Source: Antedon mediterranea (lineage: Eukaryota; Animalia; Echinodermata). From it: a stretch of 64,000 bases of DNA. Each line of letters starts with the position of its first letter. Positions within the stretch are counted from its first letter, which is position 1. The translations under genes were made by a program, and so were the position numbers. Location of the stretch: the NCBI RefSeq assembly GCF_964355755.1, contig NC_092680.1:16005045-16069044 (forward strand), read 5' to 3'. This document shows, one piece after another, positions 1 to 12,620 of this stretch. Under the pieces are notes generated by a model. The model did not search any database, was not told the origin of the DNA, and saw nothing but the letters and a program-made list of their open reading frames with translations.

Positions 1-947
1 TTTAGAAGTTTAATAACATAGCCTACATTATTCTAAATCCATATTAAACATTTGAATTTATGATACGAAGTTAATTGAGGAATTAGTGAGTAGGCTTTTG
101 CATCGACAACAGAAAGACTGTAATCAAAATCCACTATTATTTACATGTTATTTATCGTTATTAGTAATGCAACTTGGTTTTTATTTATAAATGAATCTGA
201 ATCATTTACATTTTTTTACAAATAATCACTGAATATTGATTATTATTATTAGGCCTATATAAAACCTTCAGAACCTTAGCCCCTCCGAACTATCTCCACT
301 CTACCATAGTCATCAATATACCATACTACGTGATCCAGCACACTCGACCCATTACATTATATATGTATAGGCCTACAAACAAACATACTTGGGGAAAAGT
401 GGGGAAGATAACTAAAATTGGATTCAATATGGCGCATAGTGTTCAAATTATATATAAACATTTCCAGTACAATTGTGGTCATGTTAATACCCCATAAATA
501 GGAAAATGTGTACAACGAAGAAACCTACAAACCTTTTCTCACTATCGTTCCATTTCTCATACATTACCTAATCCTTAATTAAACACACTATTACTTTGGT
601 GACATTTGTTACACTTAAAATCGAAACTTTTGTTTAAGTTAAGAAAGTACCAATTCTTAAAACCCTCATCCGATTGAGTCATTTTAACAAGGTCTTTTAT
701 TAGAACAATACTTTGACGGAAAGTAGTTGTCTGTCTCAATAATGGTCCTGAAACAAGTCACTTCCTAAATAGCCGTATTGGTAAAACAATAAACTAGTGT
801 AAAGGCACAAAACATGACGTCACCCCAGGGTTTCGATTTGAAGTATAATTTAATATTTATATCGATAAAAGGAGATAAAAGAAAACCCATATTCTAAAAT
901 ATACTCCTAACTTGACTACACACAACGTTTGTCGTCTTACATTAAAG

Positions 948-1742
948 ATGTCTTTACTTTACTTATGTATTTTTGTATTATATTCTGGAATTTACAATTG
1001 CAATGCTGCAGCATTGACAACGAAGCAACCGTTATACGAACGAGTTCAAGAGAAGATTGTGAAAACATTCGGAGACACTGTTGTATTGCACTGTAGTGTA
1101 AATCCTGCAATTGTCCACAGCACACTAATACAATGGGTCTTCGTAACTAACAACGACGAAGTGCTTACACAAGGAAAATTTCTGCAAACTTTAAATGTTA
1201 ACAAGAGATCTCGATATTCTGTGAGTGTAGATAACAATTTCCATCTACAGATAAAAAACATTCAATCAGAAGATGTGGGAACGTACATTTGTAGGTCAAT
1301 GTTCAGCATGGCAAGTTATGAAACTATTGCGACAAGGGTGCTTTTTGCAGACAATAAACAGCACAATGAACCACCAGTTTTAGAACAAACACATCAACAT
1401 CCTGCTAAACCATCAGAAGCACCAAAAGAAGAAGAAAGGATAACAGGACAATCCAGTGGACGAGAAGATGAAGAATCGCCAAAAGGAAGCAAACATTATG
1501 ACGCACTCTCTGTGTTTGGTCTTTTATGTGGAATCGCTCTAATAGTTGGAATTGTTGGATCAATAGCATGGAAGAATGGAAGGAAAAGTGGTAGAAAGAA
1601 TGTCGAGAAGACGACTGATGATGAACCTACAAAAGCTAGCTTGGCAGATTCAACGCGCAAAATACAAGTACCCAATGTGCGAATGATGCGGGGGTTAGAC
1701 AGCGACATGGAATGTAATAAAGCGAACGCGTACAGGTATTAA
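948..1742 (+). CDS. Single-exon IgSF receptor 1: signal peptide, one V-type Ig domain, charged stalk, TM helix, ~55 aa tail
   Basis: First ATG is at 948 (the ORF track starts at TTG 912). Hydrophobic leader MSLLYLCIFVLYSG; Ig motifs VVLHC..IQWV..FHLQIKNIQSEDVGTYIC; TM DALSVFGLLCGIALIVGIVGSIAWKNGR; AATAAA about 35 bp after the stop. Confidence 0.88.
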   Translation: MSLLYLCIFVLYSGIYNCNAAALTTKQPLYERVQEKIVKTFGDTVVLHCSVNPAIVHSTLIQWVFVTNNDEVLTQGKFLQTLNVNKRSRYSVSVDNNFHLQIKNIQSEDVGTYICRSMFSMASYETIATRVLFADNKQHNEPPVLEQTHQHPAKPSEAPKEEERITGQSSGREDEESPKGSKHYDALSVFGLLCGIALIVGIVGSIAWKNGRKSGRKNVEKTTDDEPTKASLADSTRKIQVPNVRMMRGLDSDMECNKANAYRY

Positions 1743-2450
1743 TCCCAGTTATGTATATAGTAGTTAACATAACCATCAATAAATTATTTCTTTCGTATTG
1801 TACTCATTTGATTAATACAACAATTTATTAGATACTATGCTACTCAGCCATGGCGTGATTGAGGTGTAAGGAAAAATCTTAACCCACGATTTGATTTTGC
1901 TTGTTTTTTTTTAAGTAGGCCTATGATTATAATAATTTATCAAAAGCTCTAGAAATCTTTTTATAAAACATAATGTTAACTTTTCTGTATATATTATTGT
2001 TCAAATCACGTATCCTTTTACTTTCCTGTAAATACGATATATATGTTTTAATTATTTTTTACTTTAATCATGTTTAACTGTAACTGGACCATTTTTAAAA
2101 GCAGTACTACGTTACTGAAAATGTAACCCAGTGCTAAGAACAAATAAATGAATATCATTGTGATAAAACAATAGTTTAAGAATATATAAGTCACTTTGTT
2201 AGATACCGGATGAGATTTAACAAGGAACTTAAATATCAAAGTTATTTTAAGATAAATCGTCGGGGAGTTTTGTTTCCACAAGGAAACATTAAACAACGTA
2301 TTGCGTTGTTAGAAATACCACACTGTCATTCATCTTGTTCAAAGTCTAAAGACACTTAGTGAATTTGGGTTCAGGTACTTGTTCTGTGATTAGGTCTACA
2401 CAATTCAAGTTTATAGATTTTATCCTTCTTCTACCAAAACTGTGGAAAAG

Positions 2451-2996
2451 ATGCATGTCCATGTGTTTGAAGTTATGTGTGTATGTTTATTGTTTTGCTA
2501 CGATGTACTATGCAACACCATCGAACCAGAAACTGAAAACGTCGACAAGACAGTGAAAGCATTTACTGGAAAGAGTATAACATTTGAATGCAGAGCGCCA
2601 AACGCACAGCCAAGTGACACCATATCATGGTACTATGAAGATGAACCTTTGTCAAATAACGGAGATATTATAGTAGACGATGAAACAGCTTCGGAAAGGT
2701 TTTCTATTACACAGTTAGACATGTATTACAATCTAACAATAGTGGATGTTGAATTGGAAGATGTCGGCACTTATGATTGTAAAATGGAGCGTACTGGAAG
2801 CGACCTGTTGATTTTACGTACACTGACTCTTCTTGTCAGCGAAAGTGATTCAACAAATCCACTGGACATATTTGCAATTTTAGGATTATTGTCTGGCATT
2901 CTTCTTATACTCGGTATAGTAGGAGCTATTGCATGGTCGAGGGGAAGGAATCGCGGGGAAATCGAACGAAGAATGGCCATGGAGGAAAGCGCATAG
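2451..2996 (+). CDS. Single-exon IgSF receptor 2: one V/I-type Ig domain, TM, very short Tyr-free tail
   Basis: ATG 2451 (or 2475). Motifs ITFEC..ISWY..YNLTIVDVELEDVGTYDC; TM DIFAILGLLSGILLILGIVGAIAWSRGR; tail of about 20 aa. Confidence 0.87.
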   Translation: MHVHVFEVMCVCLLFCYDVLCNTIEPETENVDKTVKAFTGKSITFECRAPNAQPSDTISWYYEDEPLSNNGDIIVDDETASERFSITQLDMYYNLTIVDVELEDVGTYDCKMERTGSDLLILRTLTLLVSESDSTNPLDIFAILGLLSGILLILGIVGAIAWSRGRNRGEIERRMAMEESA

Positions 2997-5328
2997 GACC
3001 CACTTAAAAACAAACGCTCCACAAACGCAATTATCTGGACACAAAAGAACAGTCTAAAACATTTACGTAATTATCGAAGTTATGTTTTTTTTCGTAAAGT
3101 TATATATCGTCTATATTCAGTTTGATTGTTTTATATACATTTGTAAACGAGAAGGAAAAAAATTTGATTGTGGTATCGTCTGTCGATGCTACTAAAAAAA
3201 CAATTTAAATTTTAAACCAATTACATACGGACAAAATGTCATGTTTCTTGTATACCGTTGTTATTGTTTTTAATAAGTTTACTTATAAATAATGTATTTG
3301 TTCTACGCACAATAAATTATAAGTTTAAATTGACTTTTTATCGTTTTTGTTTTTGATTTTACAGTGCCTTTTTGTTGCCTAAATAAGTACTCATAAGTAT
3401 GTGCTGCTCTTCGCGTATTACGAGTTATATAAGTGGTGGGTTTAGTGAAGAAATGGTAGGTGGCGCCTGCCTGTCTTCAAACGCCCCATCTCTCCATATA
3501 TTCTAGGTGTTTTTATCCTAAAATAAAAACAATCAATCGGTTCTTTACAATACATTGAATACACTTACAATACTGTCTTTAGATCTTTCATAAAATATGC
3601 AGTGAGTTCAATTTCGTTCTTATACACGACGACAATCACATTGCGAAATTTCTTAATTCGCCCTTTGACTTTTCTCTATAATTTAATTGACTGATGTCTC
3701 CACATGCTAACGATTATATAAGTTATTATTATTATTTGTCGATGTAAGACCGGGACTATCGTGACCTCCCTTAACAACAATTGCGATCTCTGGTTGCAAT
3801 TTTTCTCTGTTGAATGACGATGACATTACTATATATTACATAATGATACAGACTAAAAACGCTATGAATAAAATCAAATATGCACGTATGCCGATGTAAA
3901 ACCCTATTTAGAAACAACAAGGTATCTTAGCCTATCTTAGCCTACTTTCTTAATAACAAAATGAATGTTTTTATACTCGTGTTGATGGTACAAATAATTT
4001 CATTCTGTGAAATGTGAAATTCTATTTTCACTCGCTCTTCACCTCGTAAAAATAGAATTTTATTTTTCACCTCATGAAATTATTTGTACACACTCATAAA
4101 AATTAATTAATTAAACAATAGAATCTATGTTACGTGCTCATATGTTTGTGTATTAGTAAAACGTTTAGTCTTTAGTACTATTCAGTTCGGTTGACTGTCT
4201 TTTTCTAAAACAAACAATGCACATACTCGTCTGGTACATATGCTTTAGGTATACTGTGTAGCGATTATAAACACTTTATTGCAGTTTTCTTATGCTGAAT
4301 TGTATTACTTCAGAGTAGAAGAATAAATAACTTCAGCGTTATACGATGTTTCGACAGAACATCGCTACACGAACGCCTGGTTTGTTACATGTAATGCTTC
4401 CAGTATCTAAAGTGTTTCAATTTGTTTTACCCTAAATAATGTTTATTTCATTTTCCAGACTAGTTTTGGGGTTCTTTCCCTTCAATATATCTGATACAAT
4501 ACAGGTTTGTTGGGATGTTGTTTACTACTTTCAAATGTCGTAAGCGGAAACAATCGAGTCCCGGAAAAGTGTAGCGATAACGGGAAGTGGCCGTTTACAA
4601 GTGGTTGACCATTATAGATGACTAACGTGTAAATATAACCAGAGCCTAACGTATGTGGTAGGCTTGCTCTACAAAAAAATATATTGTATATTTTAAATGG
4701 TCGGACAATTGGGGCTACTATATCGCACAATATACGTTACGCATATCGTGTTAACGTCTGCTGTAATTGTATTTAAACGGTACAAAGTTTTTGTTACAGG
4801 ACCAATAGTAATAGACCATAGGCTAGGCATTTAGAGTAAAATTACATAATCTTACATAAAAAATCAGAGAATCCAGAGAAAATATTTGGAAAAACAATTT
4901 TTTCTGAGTAATTCATTGTGCCCTGGATATGTTGTAGACACCTCGTGAAAAAAAATTAGAATTTAATTTTTCAGCTTATGAAATATGTTTGTACCATCGC
5001 ACATTATTGTATAATATAGTAATAGAGGTTCTTTATCTTTATCCATAAAATAGCGCTATCATAATGTTTACGTTTTATTATAATTTATTTTCTTCATCTA
5101 AGAAATAATTAATATTATTTCCTTGGAAATGACGGGTTTTGCGAAGAAGAATAAGAAAATAAAGACATTGTATAGATATCCTTATCTTTACAACAACAAA
5201 ATCCGTAACAGAATCAATCTATTTTCAACAATAGTTTACGGAACTATTAGATCCGTAAAACAGAAATAAATTGTTGTTCAAATCACGACTTCATTATGAA
5301 GGCCAATAGCTGTCTATTAATTCCAGGT

Positions 5329-5990
5329 AACTTCGATATTAATACGATACTAAGGTATATCAGGATTTTCAAAAGCAATAGGTAACCTCAATGCACAACA
5401 CTGATCTGTTTGCTGGACATTTACTACCGGTCTCGATTTCCGTGATTTCAGTGATATAGGCCTACATACTGTTATTTGCTGGTAAATTGTGAGTAATATT
5501 GTACAAAATGCTTCATTATTCCAGTTTCCTTCTGTCTTACTCATAAAAACGAAAATGAAAATTCCCGGTATTATTCGGATCGATTGATCACATGGAACCC
5601 ATTTAAATCGATGCATTATGAATATGTATATCACTAATTATAATAGTAAAGTGAAGTTTGAGCTTCGGCTTGGTATTGACCACCCTGGTAAAATATTATT
5701 CGAATTAATTATTTAAATGAACTCCTCCCTCGAATAAACGCCCCTCCCCCTTATAGAACATCATTTTGATTAAACGCCTCCCAAAAGACCCCCCTGAAAA
5801 CTAAACGCCCCAATAAATACACATAAATAAACAAAATGGGAAAGAGACAAAAACAATAAAAAATAATAATATTATTGTAATCAGACAACGGTATGTCTAT
5901 CATATACGCATTTTTTATCTTCATTAAAACTGTACCGTATTATACAATGACTAACAATGATCGATAACGAACGACTGAGGTACACCACAA
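5329..5990 (+). repeat. Diverged ~660 bp non-coding direct repeat, copy A (copy B at 8267-8988)
   Basis: Shares blocks such as ggtaacctcaatgcacaac, actaccggtctcgatttccgtgattt and gaggtacaccacaa with 8267-8988; a partial third copy lies at ~15100-15225. Confidence 0.85.
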
Positions 5991-6808
5991 GTAGTTCTAT
6001 TTTCTATCATACTTCAGGGAAATTTGCTTCTGTCGTATTCTGTTTTGTCCTATTCTACATTTGGTCATATCAATCCAATAACATAACAGTATGATAGTCT
6101 TAAAAACGTATATGTCTACCGGGTGTATTCAAAAAAGTAAAATCGAAATCTTATGACTTTTTGGGTCAATATTTACAGTACCAATCTAGATTTAACTGCA
6201 TTTAATTATAACATAATTACATTCCCTCGGGAATGATATTAAGTTCTCTATTTCCCTCAGCTGGCGCTTCGGGAAATATATATTCCCTCGAACTTAATAT
6301 CATTCCCTCGGGGATGTCAAATCTTATATTTAACCTCTAAGCAGTCAATATCTGTATAATAATATGTTTCTATTATATTGCCTTTTTTCTGAAGAATATA
6401 TATAGAATAGTAATTCATGACACATATAAATCATTTGACTGCGATGTACAATAATAATCATATCCTATCCTATTCTATACAGCGCATAATGTTGTGAAAC
6501 CTCTACAATGAAGCTATAAAGAAGTGACTTCGGCAAAAGAAATGTTTATCCGACTGATATTTGGTCAACAGGACATTTGATACCTAATATACCTAACAAA
6601 AGAACAATTCACTAATAGAAAATTGAACGATATGTAATTGGCCAATACAACTGTTTAGGCCTACAGATGAGATATTTTCGCCGACAACTCAGATCACTTT
6701 TAAACCCTAATTGTTGTTAAACAAAAGTAAAGTAAAAATAAAATCCAGAAATTATTTAAATGATTTTACGATTATACTAATTGTTTACAATGACGTAACT
6801 AAAAAGAT

Positions 6809-7735
6809 TCAGTTATCAGGAGAAATACGGAAACGGTAATTCATCATCAATTCTCGCGACTTGAAGATTTTCGGACGTTGTGTATACTTGTCATAAGTCA
6901 ATATGTCAATTGTAGTGTTATTTGCTACAGCAACCATACATGGGTTAATAATACATAACTGATTTGGCACAGTAATTCTATCTTCTTTATTATCAAATCG
7001 GTTGATAAAATGTCCATCACTTTTGAATAATTGTAGTTTGTGGTTACTTGCTCTAATATTATCACCCTCACCAACTGCAATTGCATGTAGCCACCTCACC
7101 ATACCATCTTCATGCCCGTTTTCGACGAGTGCTTTCAGTTCCTTGTCCGTTTTATCATACATTAATAGTGGTTTCCTTCATCTGTCACAAGTACTTTTCT
7201 AGTTTGTGTAAGTGCAACATCCGAGTATCCAGAATAATTGGAACATTTTGTCTGTGTTCCTATTATCTCAATGTGCGCAATACTATCAATATCAAACATA
7301 TACACACATGATATGCTCAACTCTGCTACATAAATAACAATAGCAGACTCATCCAAGTAAATAACACATGGGTTTGTTAAAACACCTTTGCCAATTGATT
7401 TGATCACATAACCATTCATATCACATACTTGAATACATGCATTTCTACAATCACTGAATGCTATTTTACCATTTGTCAAATGTATACATTCGGGTTACTT
7501 TCATACCTTTTGATAATGTAATTTTTCCAAAATTTTTTGTAAATTTCATTTTTCTAAAATGATACCAGCAAGCAATCATCATTAAACTTAACTATACCAG
7601 TAGGAATGCTCCTTAGTTTGATAGTAACAGGTTTGAATGTAACATTTGCAACTCCTCTAGGAATACCTTCTTCTTTTCCAATGTTCAATTTCTTATCTAT
7701 GTCTCCAAGAAGATTTAAATTGTTGCTAGCAATCC
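6809..7735 (-). pseudogene. NHL-repeat (TRIM2/3/71-like beta-propeller) exon fragment, frameshifted
   Basis: Adjacent ORFs 7162-7479 and 6809-7162 are in different frames and carry NHL-like repeats (KIAFSDCRNACIQVCDMNG, IYVAE, KVLVTDEGNH, HKLQLFKSDGHFI). Acceptor-like TTACAG at ~7736 on the minus strand. Confidence 0.7.
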
Positions 7736-7743
7736 TGTAATAG

Positions 7744-7786
7744 CAGGGAAGAGTTAAATTACAATTTGTAATTTAACTCTTCCCTG
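7744..7786. mobile_element. 43-bp perfect palindrome with 7-bp target-site duplication (collapsed MITE)
   Basis: CAGGGAAGAGTTAAATTACAA-T-TTGTAATTTAACTCTTCCCTG, flanked on both sides by GTAATAG (7737-7743 and 7787-7793). Confidence 0.7.
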
Positions 7787-8266
7787 GTAATAGTAACATA
7801 TTATGTTGTACAGCTAGACAAGTATGTTGTACATTGTATGTGATACAGTAGTAGCCATACCGAAAAAAGAAGTACTAGCATTGTGATAAACTGATAAATG
7901 TTCAATATACAGGTATATTAAACGTTTCATTACTGTTGATAATCTGACAAAATCATCAATAAATAATAGTATTGTTGATAATACGTAGGGAATGTTCCGC
8001 CGTTGACAAATCATCAAAATCAATGGGTTTAACTATTACTTGCTAGGCCTACAAGTGAACTTGCATGCGCTGCGCTGAAAACAGTTTGTTTTAACAGTTA
8101 CATTGGATTAGAATCCATTTTAAATTTGCTACACTGTCTGAGAATACTTAATCATAAGTTACCTTGATGAATTGTTGTACCAATTGGAGATTTAATAATA
8201 CGTGCTGATCAATCCTTTTACAACACTAACAGTAAGGGTGTTCTCTTGTCCAATTTTATTATCAAA

Positions 8267-8988
8267 ACTTCGATATTAATACCATAATTTATCAGGAATT
8301 TAAAAGCAATGGGTAACCTCAATGCACAACGGTATTTTGTTGCTGGACATTGACTACCGGTCTCGATTTCCGTGATTTTACTGATATATACTGTTGTTTG
8401 CTGGTAAATTGTAAGTAATATTTTACTCAATGCTTCCATTAATCATTTTTATTCTGACTCACTCATAATCAAAAATTCCTGGTATTATTAGAATCGATCG
8501 ATCACATACGGAACTCCATTTAAACCGACACAATATGTAATATGTATACCACCAACTTACAATAGTAAATAGCTATTTGATATTTGGCTAAATGGACTAC
8601 CCTGGTAAGATATTGTTGAATTAAATACGCCTAAGTACCATATTTATTCCTGTTTTGAATAAACTCTCTCCGCGAATAAACACCCGCCACAAACATTTAT
8701 ATTTGTAGGTAGACTGTATTGATTGACATGATCTACAATTGACCAGGAATTTTGATGCAATTTTTAATATATGTTATCAATTGCCGATAATAATTGTGTT
8801 GTATTTGTTCTTATTTAGGGGGTATTTATTTGATCATAAATACGGTAAAAAAAACATAATAAAGTATTATTGTAATAGAGTAGACGACAGTGTATCTACA
8901 CTCATTTTTATATCCTCAATAATACTGTATTATGCTGCAATGACTAAAAAATATTGATAATGAATCAAACGATTGAGGTACACCACAA
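8267..8988 (+). repeat. Diverged non-coding direct repeat, copy B
   Basis: Colinear similarity to 5329-5990. Confidence 0.85.
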
Positions 8989-10753
8989 AAATGTATTCAA
9001 TCACATTTTTTTAAAACTAATTCTTGAGCAATTTATTTCTTCCGTATACATTGTGATTTTTAAAATCAAAATGTAAAATAATTATAATTAATTACTTGAT
9101 CACACTTCACCATAAAGATGAAATATGTTTCTTAGAAGGAAAATATTCCTTATTGGTGGCATAATTGTCATCAATAAATAATGGATTGTACGCGTTGTCA
9201 CCAAAAGTTCAAATTTATGACATTTCCAATATTAGTGGATGTTTAAAGATTTCGATATTTTAGTTTACAATAAATTAAACAAATGGCTCTCACATACTAT
9301 GATATTCTTGATGGAAAAGTCGCCTAGTGGCTGTGCGAAGTACGACAAGATTATAATAAATGATTGTTATCAACTATTCCCTGATACGCTGCTTGGCAGG
9401 AAAGGTCGCCTCCGGTAATGCGCAACTATCGATTTGTTTTTCTCAATACATTATTGAGTGCTTTTATTATTGCTTTTTCTTTTATGTCTTTGTTTATTTT
9501 TGTAAATGTTGTTGTTAACCATACCTTGATGTTAAGGTGAATGTTAATAAATTTGAATTTATAGCTACAATGATCAATTTAAGCATAATCTCTACAACTA
9601 TGAACAACTAACTTTTTATCAATCTTTACATTTATTTGTTAAATTCGTTAGGTATTTTGAATGGTATCAACATCACATAGTTTTGAACGCCGATTTGTGA
9701 GCTTAAATGAACTAAAGACACATTATACAGCAATGCTGCAGTTCCTCTGTTCATAATCGGATAAGTTTTTTTCAATTTTATTTTTCTCATCAAATGCTTC
9801 AACTTTGTCATTGTTTTTTTTTTAAATAAACTCCCGCAACACTGACCTTTTTCCCTTGCCCATTGTCGAATCAACGTAACTAAAAAGGCTTATATTCAAA
9901 TATTAGTTAAGCTTTAAAATTCAATTATATTAAAGATCAGATTATCGATATTTTGTTTTGATGTTCCTAATTCTACATAATTTTACCATTTTTGATATGC
10001 TTTATATTTTGTATAGTTTACTGTGTGTTTATGTCTATATTTATTTATATTAATCCAAAGGCAAATTACTGAAAAAATAACAATGCTGTGGGTATCAGTG
10101 GCTGGATCTCAATGGAGATACAAAAAAAATCGAAAAGCTAAATCAAAACGATAAAGTAAAACAGCCAGAAAAGTTAGTAGAGCTTTCGGGCAGCACTAGA
10201 CCTTCTATATGTCTATTTATATTTAAATGTAAGGCATCCTATAATTGGCGTTTATTCGCTGTTGGATGTGGTTAAAAAAAATAAAACCCAAATCAATATG
10301 TGGTTCCAAACTGCTCGTTAGTTAGTATAATTAACTGACATAAAGGCGTGTCGCACTTTATTATAACTAGTTATAATAATAGTTGGAATGAAGAGGCACT
10401 ACATAGAGATGTATGGAGAAAGAGAACTGTCATGGGCCTGTCAAATGGCATATGACAAGGTAGACAAGGTAGGAGACTCCGTGTTATACGTAGCATCATA
10501 CGACAATATCATAACTCAAAAGTACTGATCCTTATACAACTATTCACATGATTGACGTGAAAATTAAAACGATTAGTCAGTGTACTGAAAGGACATGGGT
10601 TTCTTTAGTTATTCCTCTATCTGTTCAGATGTTATTGAGTTGTGTCATTGCAGTTCAGGTCATAGCTAAACATCACGTATCGTTGTCAATACTGCCTTCT
10701 TCAGTAGCAATAAAGATTAAAATGATCATTCATATATATATGAAAATAAGTTT

Positions 10754-11006
10754 AATCCTGGTGGTATTCATCGAAACTATAATAAGAAAACGTCTGTTTT
10801 ACTTTCCACAAGTTCAAGCACAGAAGTCAAAGTCAATGTTCGTAATGTCCTGTCAGATAAATAGAGTAATTGTAATTTTGCATAATGTGGTAAAGAGATA
10901 GGTATAAGTGAGGATATAAGAATCGACTGCAAATGTAAAGTTTCAGCAGAAGCCTACACGTTAAAAAGATTAATAGTCAGAGTCGAAGAATATAGAGATC
11001 AAAAAC
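10754..11006 (+). promoter_or_regulatory. Putative promoter of receptor 3, homologous to that of receptor 4
   Basis: Conserved blocks gtctgttttacWttccacaagt, gttcgtaatRtcctgtc, TGTGGT (RUNX-like, 10886) and ggTATAA (10901), then aaaacATGA; the same order occurs at 15872-16148. Confidence 0.55.
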
Positions 11007-12245
11007 ATGAATAGTTTAAGAGGTGTTGTAATAATGGTACTTGTTTTGAGTTTACATTCAGTGCACATTGTAAAGACGGACGGTATGCTAGCTGAAATAA
11101 TGGGCAGACGAATCACAAATATCGGGGATACCGAAGTGCTACGGTGTTTTAGGCCTACAACGGAAAACAGAGCTGAAGAGGTCGTTTATTGGATACATGA
11201 GGGTGAGATCATTAGCGTCAATGGACTCATTCAAACATTAAATCTAGACCATCGTGCGAGATATGATATGATAGGCAATCATAAAAATGGACATTATAAT
11301 TTACTTATACAAAATATAAAATCTGAAGATACTGGAAAGTGGGATTGTAAGTACGGACCATCAGTTGGTAACGTCGGTGCCCTTCAAAGTACAGTAATGA
11401 TGGTGATTTCACCTGACGAGCCAGTGTGCAGTTTATCACCCACTGTTATTCATTACGGTGATTCATATCAACTAAAGTGTGTCTCAAGTGGAGGTTTTCC
11501 TGCTCCTACCCTTGTATGGTTAAAGGATGGGATGGAATTGTTACAAACAGATACCGATGACTTGCTTGTTTTAGAAAGGATTGCTGACCAGACTGATAAC
11601 AATGCACAATACACGTGCGAAGTGAGAAGTCTAGCGTGGCCAACTACACGCACATGCACGCAACATGTTATGGTTATCACAGACAAAAAACCTGTGCGAA
11701 TGATGAGAAATGCAGAAAAACACGCCAGAAAAAATGCAGAAGGTACGAATCATAGGCAGAACACGGACACAAGACAACATGAAGGTTGGTTATCTGATCC
11801 TAATTTTGATCACACATCAGTACGACCCCATGTAACAAACGCACAAGAAAACACTACAAACCACACGAAAACTGAAAATACGGACATGTTTGATGTATTT
11901 TCAGTAATAGGACTGGTGTGTGGTGGCGCCCTTGCTATCATAATTCTAATGGCCATTTCATGGAACAAGGGTCGCAGCAATACATTACCCAGAAGCTCCA
12001 AAACGGTAAAGATGCGTGGAACGAGAAATGCAGTGTTCAAGTCAGAAATAAAACGTCTTAGTCGCCACTCGTTTTCAAATATAACAACACGTAGTAGCAC
12101 AGCAACAGCTAGTGACAGTCTGCACCATAAGCCATTAATAGATATCAATTCAGACGAAATAGTTCCTAATGAAATGATTCATCTCGACAGAATTGGTACA
12201 CATAACGAATCGTCCCCGCGCTTTATAACAGTACCTATACATTAA
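11007..12245 (+). CDS. Single-exon IgSF receptor 3: signal peptide, V + C2-type Ig domains, stalk, TM, tyrosine-free tail
   Basis: EVLRC..VYWI..YNLLIQNIKSEDTGKWDC; PVC..YQLKCVSSGGFPAPTLVW..NAQYTCEV..RTC; TM DVFSVIGLVCGGALAIIILMAISWNKGR. Confidence 0.92.
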   Translation: MNSLRGVVIMVLVLSLHSVHIVKTDGMLAEIMGRRITNIGDTEVLRCFRPTTENRAEEVVYWIHEGEIISVNGLIQTLNLDHRARYDMIGNHKNGHYNLLIQNIKSEDTGKWDCKYGPSVGNVGALQSTVMMVISPDEPVCSLSPTVIHYGDSYQLKCVSSGGFPAPTLVWLKDGMELLQTDTDDLLVLERIADQTDNNAQYTCEVRSLAWPTTRTCTQHVMVITDKKPVRMMRNAEKHARKNAEGTNHRQNTDTRQHEGWLSDPNFDHTSVRPHVTNAQENTTNHTKTENTDMFDVFSVIGLVCGGALAIIILMAISWNKGRSNTLPRSSKTVKMRGTRNAVFKSEIKRLSRHSFSNITTRSSTATASDSLHHKPLIDINSDEIVPNEMIHLDRIGTHNESSPRFITVPIH

Positions 12246-12451
12246 TCTAAAAAATAAGGACATAGGCCTAATAACAATCTTTCTTTCTTTTTTGGTTTAA
12301 AATTATTAGTAAAAGTTAAATATAAGTATAAGATGTAGTACTGTAAAAAGTAAAATCAATAACATTTAAAAGTGTGATCTGCTGGTCGAAATTATTGCAA
12401 CAGTTTTCAACAATCTATGCAAGTAACATCATTCGTTGCAGACTATCTGAA

Positions 12452-12605
12452 TCTGATTTTCCACTAGGCGAGTTTGTTCACGCGAATCTAAAGCGGCAGC
12501 TTATACGCATGTGCATGTTTCTATCTTCTATATCCTTCTTTGCGCATGGGTATAAGCTGACGTTTTCGATTCGCTCGAACAAATTCGCCTAGTGGAAAAT
12601 CGGCT
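12452..12605. mobile_element. MITE with ~28 bp terminal inverted repeats (PIF/Harbinger-like)
   Basis: gattttccactaggcgagtttgttc ... gaacaaattcgcctagtggaaaatc form inverted termini. Confidence 0.6.
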
Positions 12606-12620
12606 TAATAGTAAAGAAAT

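Noticed and set aside
5329-8988. LTR retrotransposon with the repeats as LTRs
   Set aside because: No TG..CA ends, PBS, PPT or gag/pol were seen; the repeats are diverged and recur as part of the gene duplication unit.
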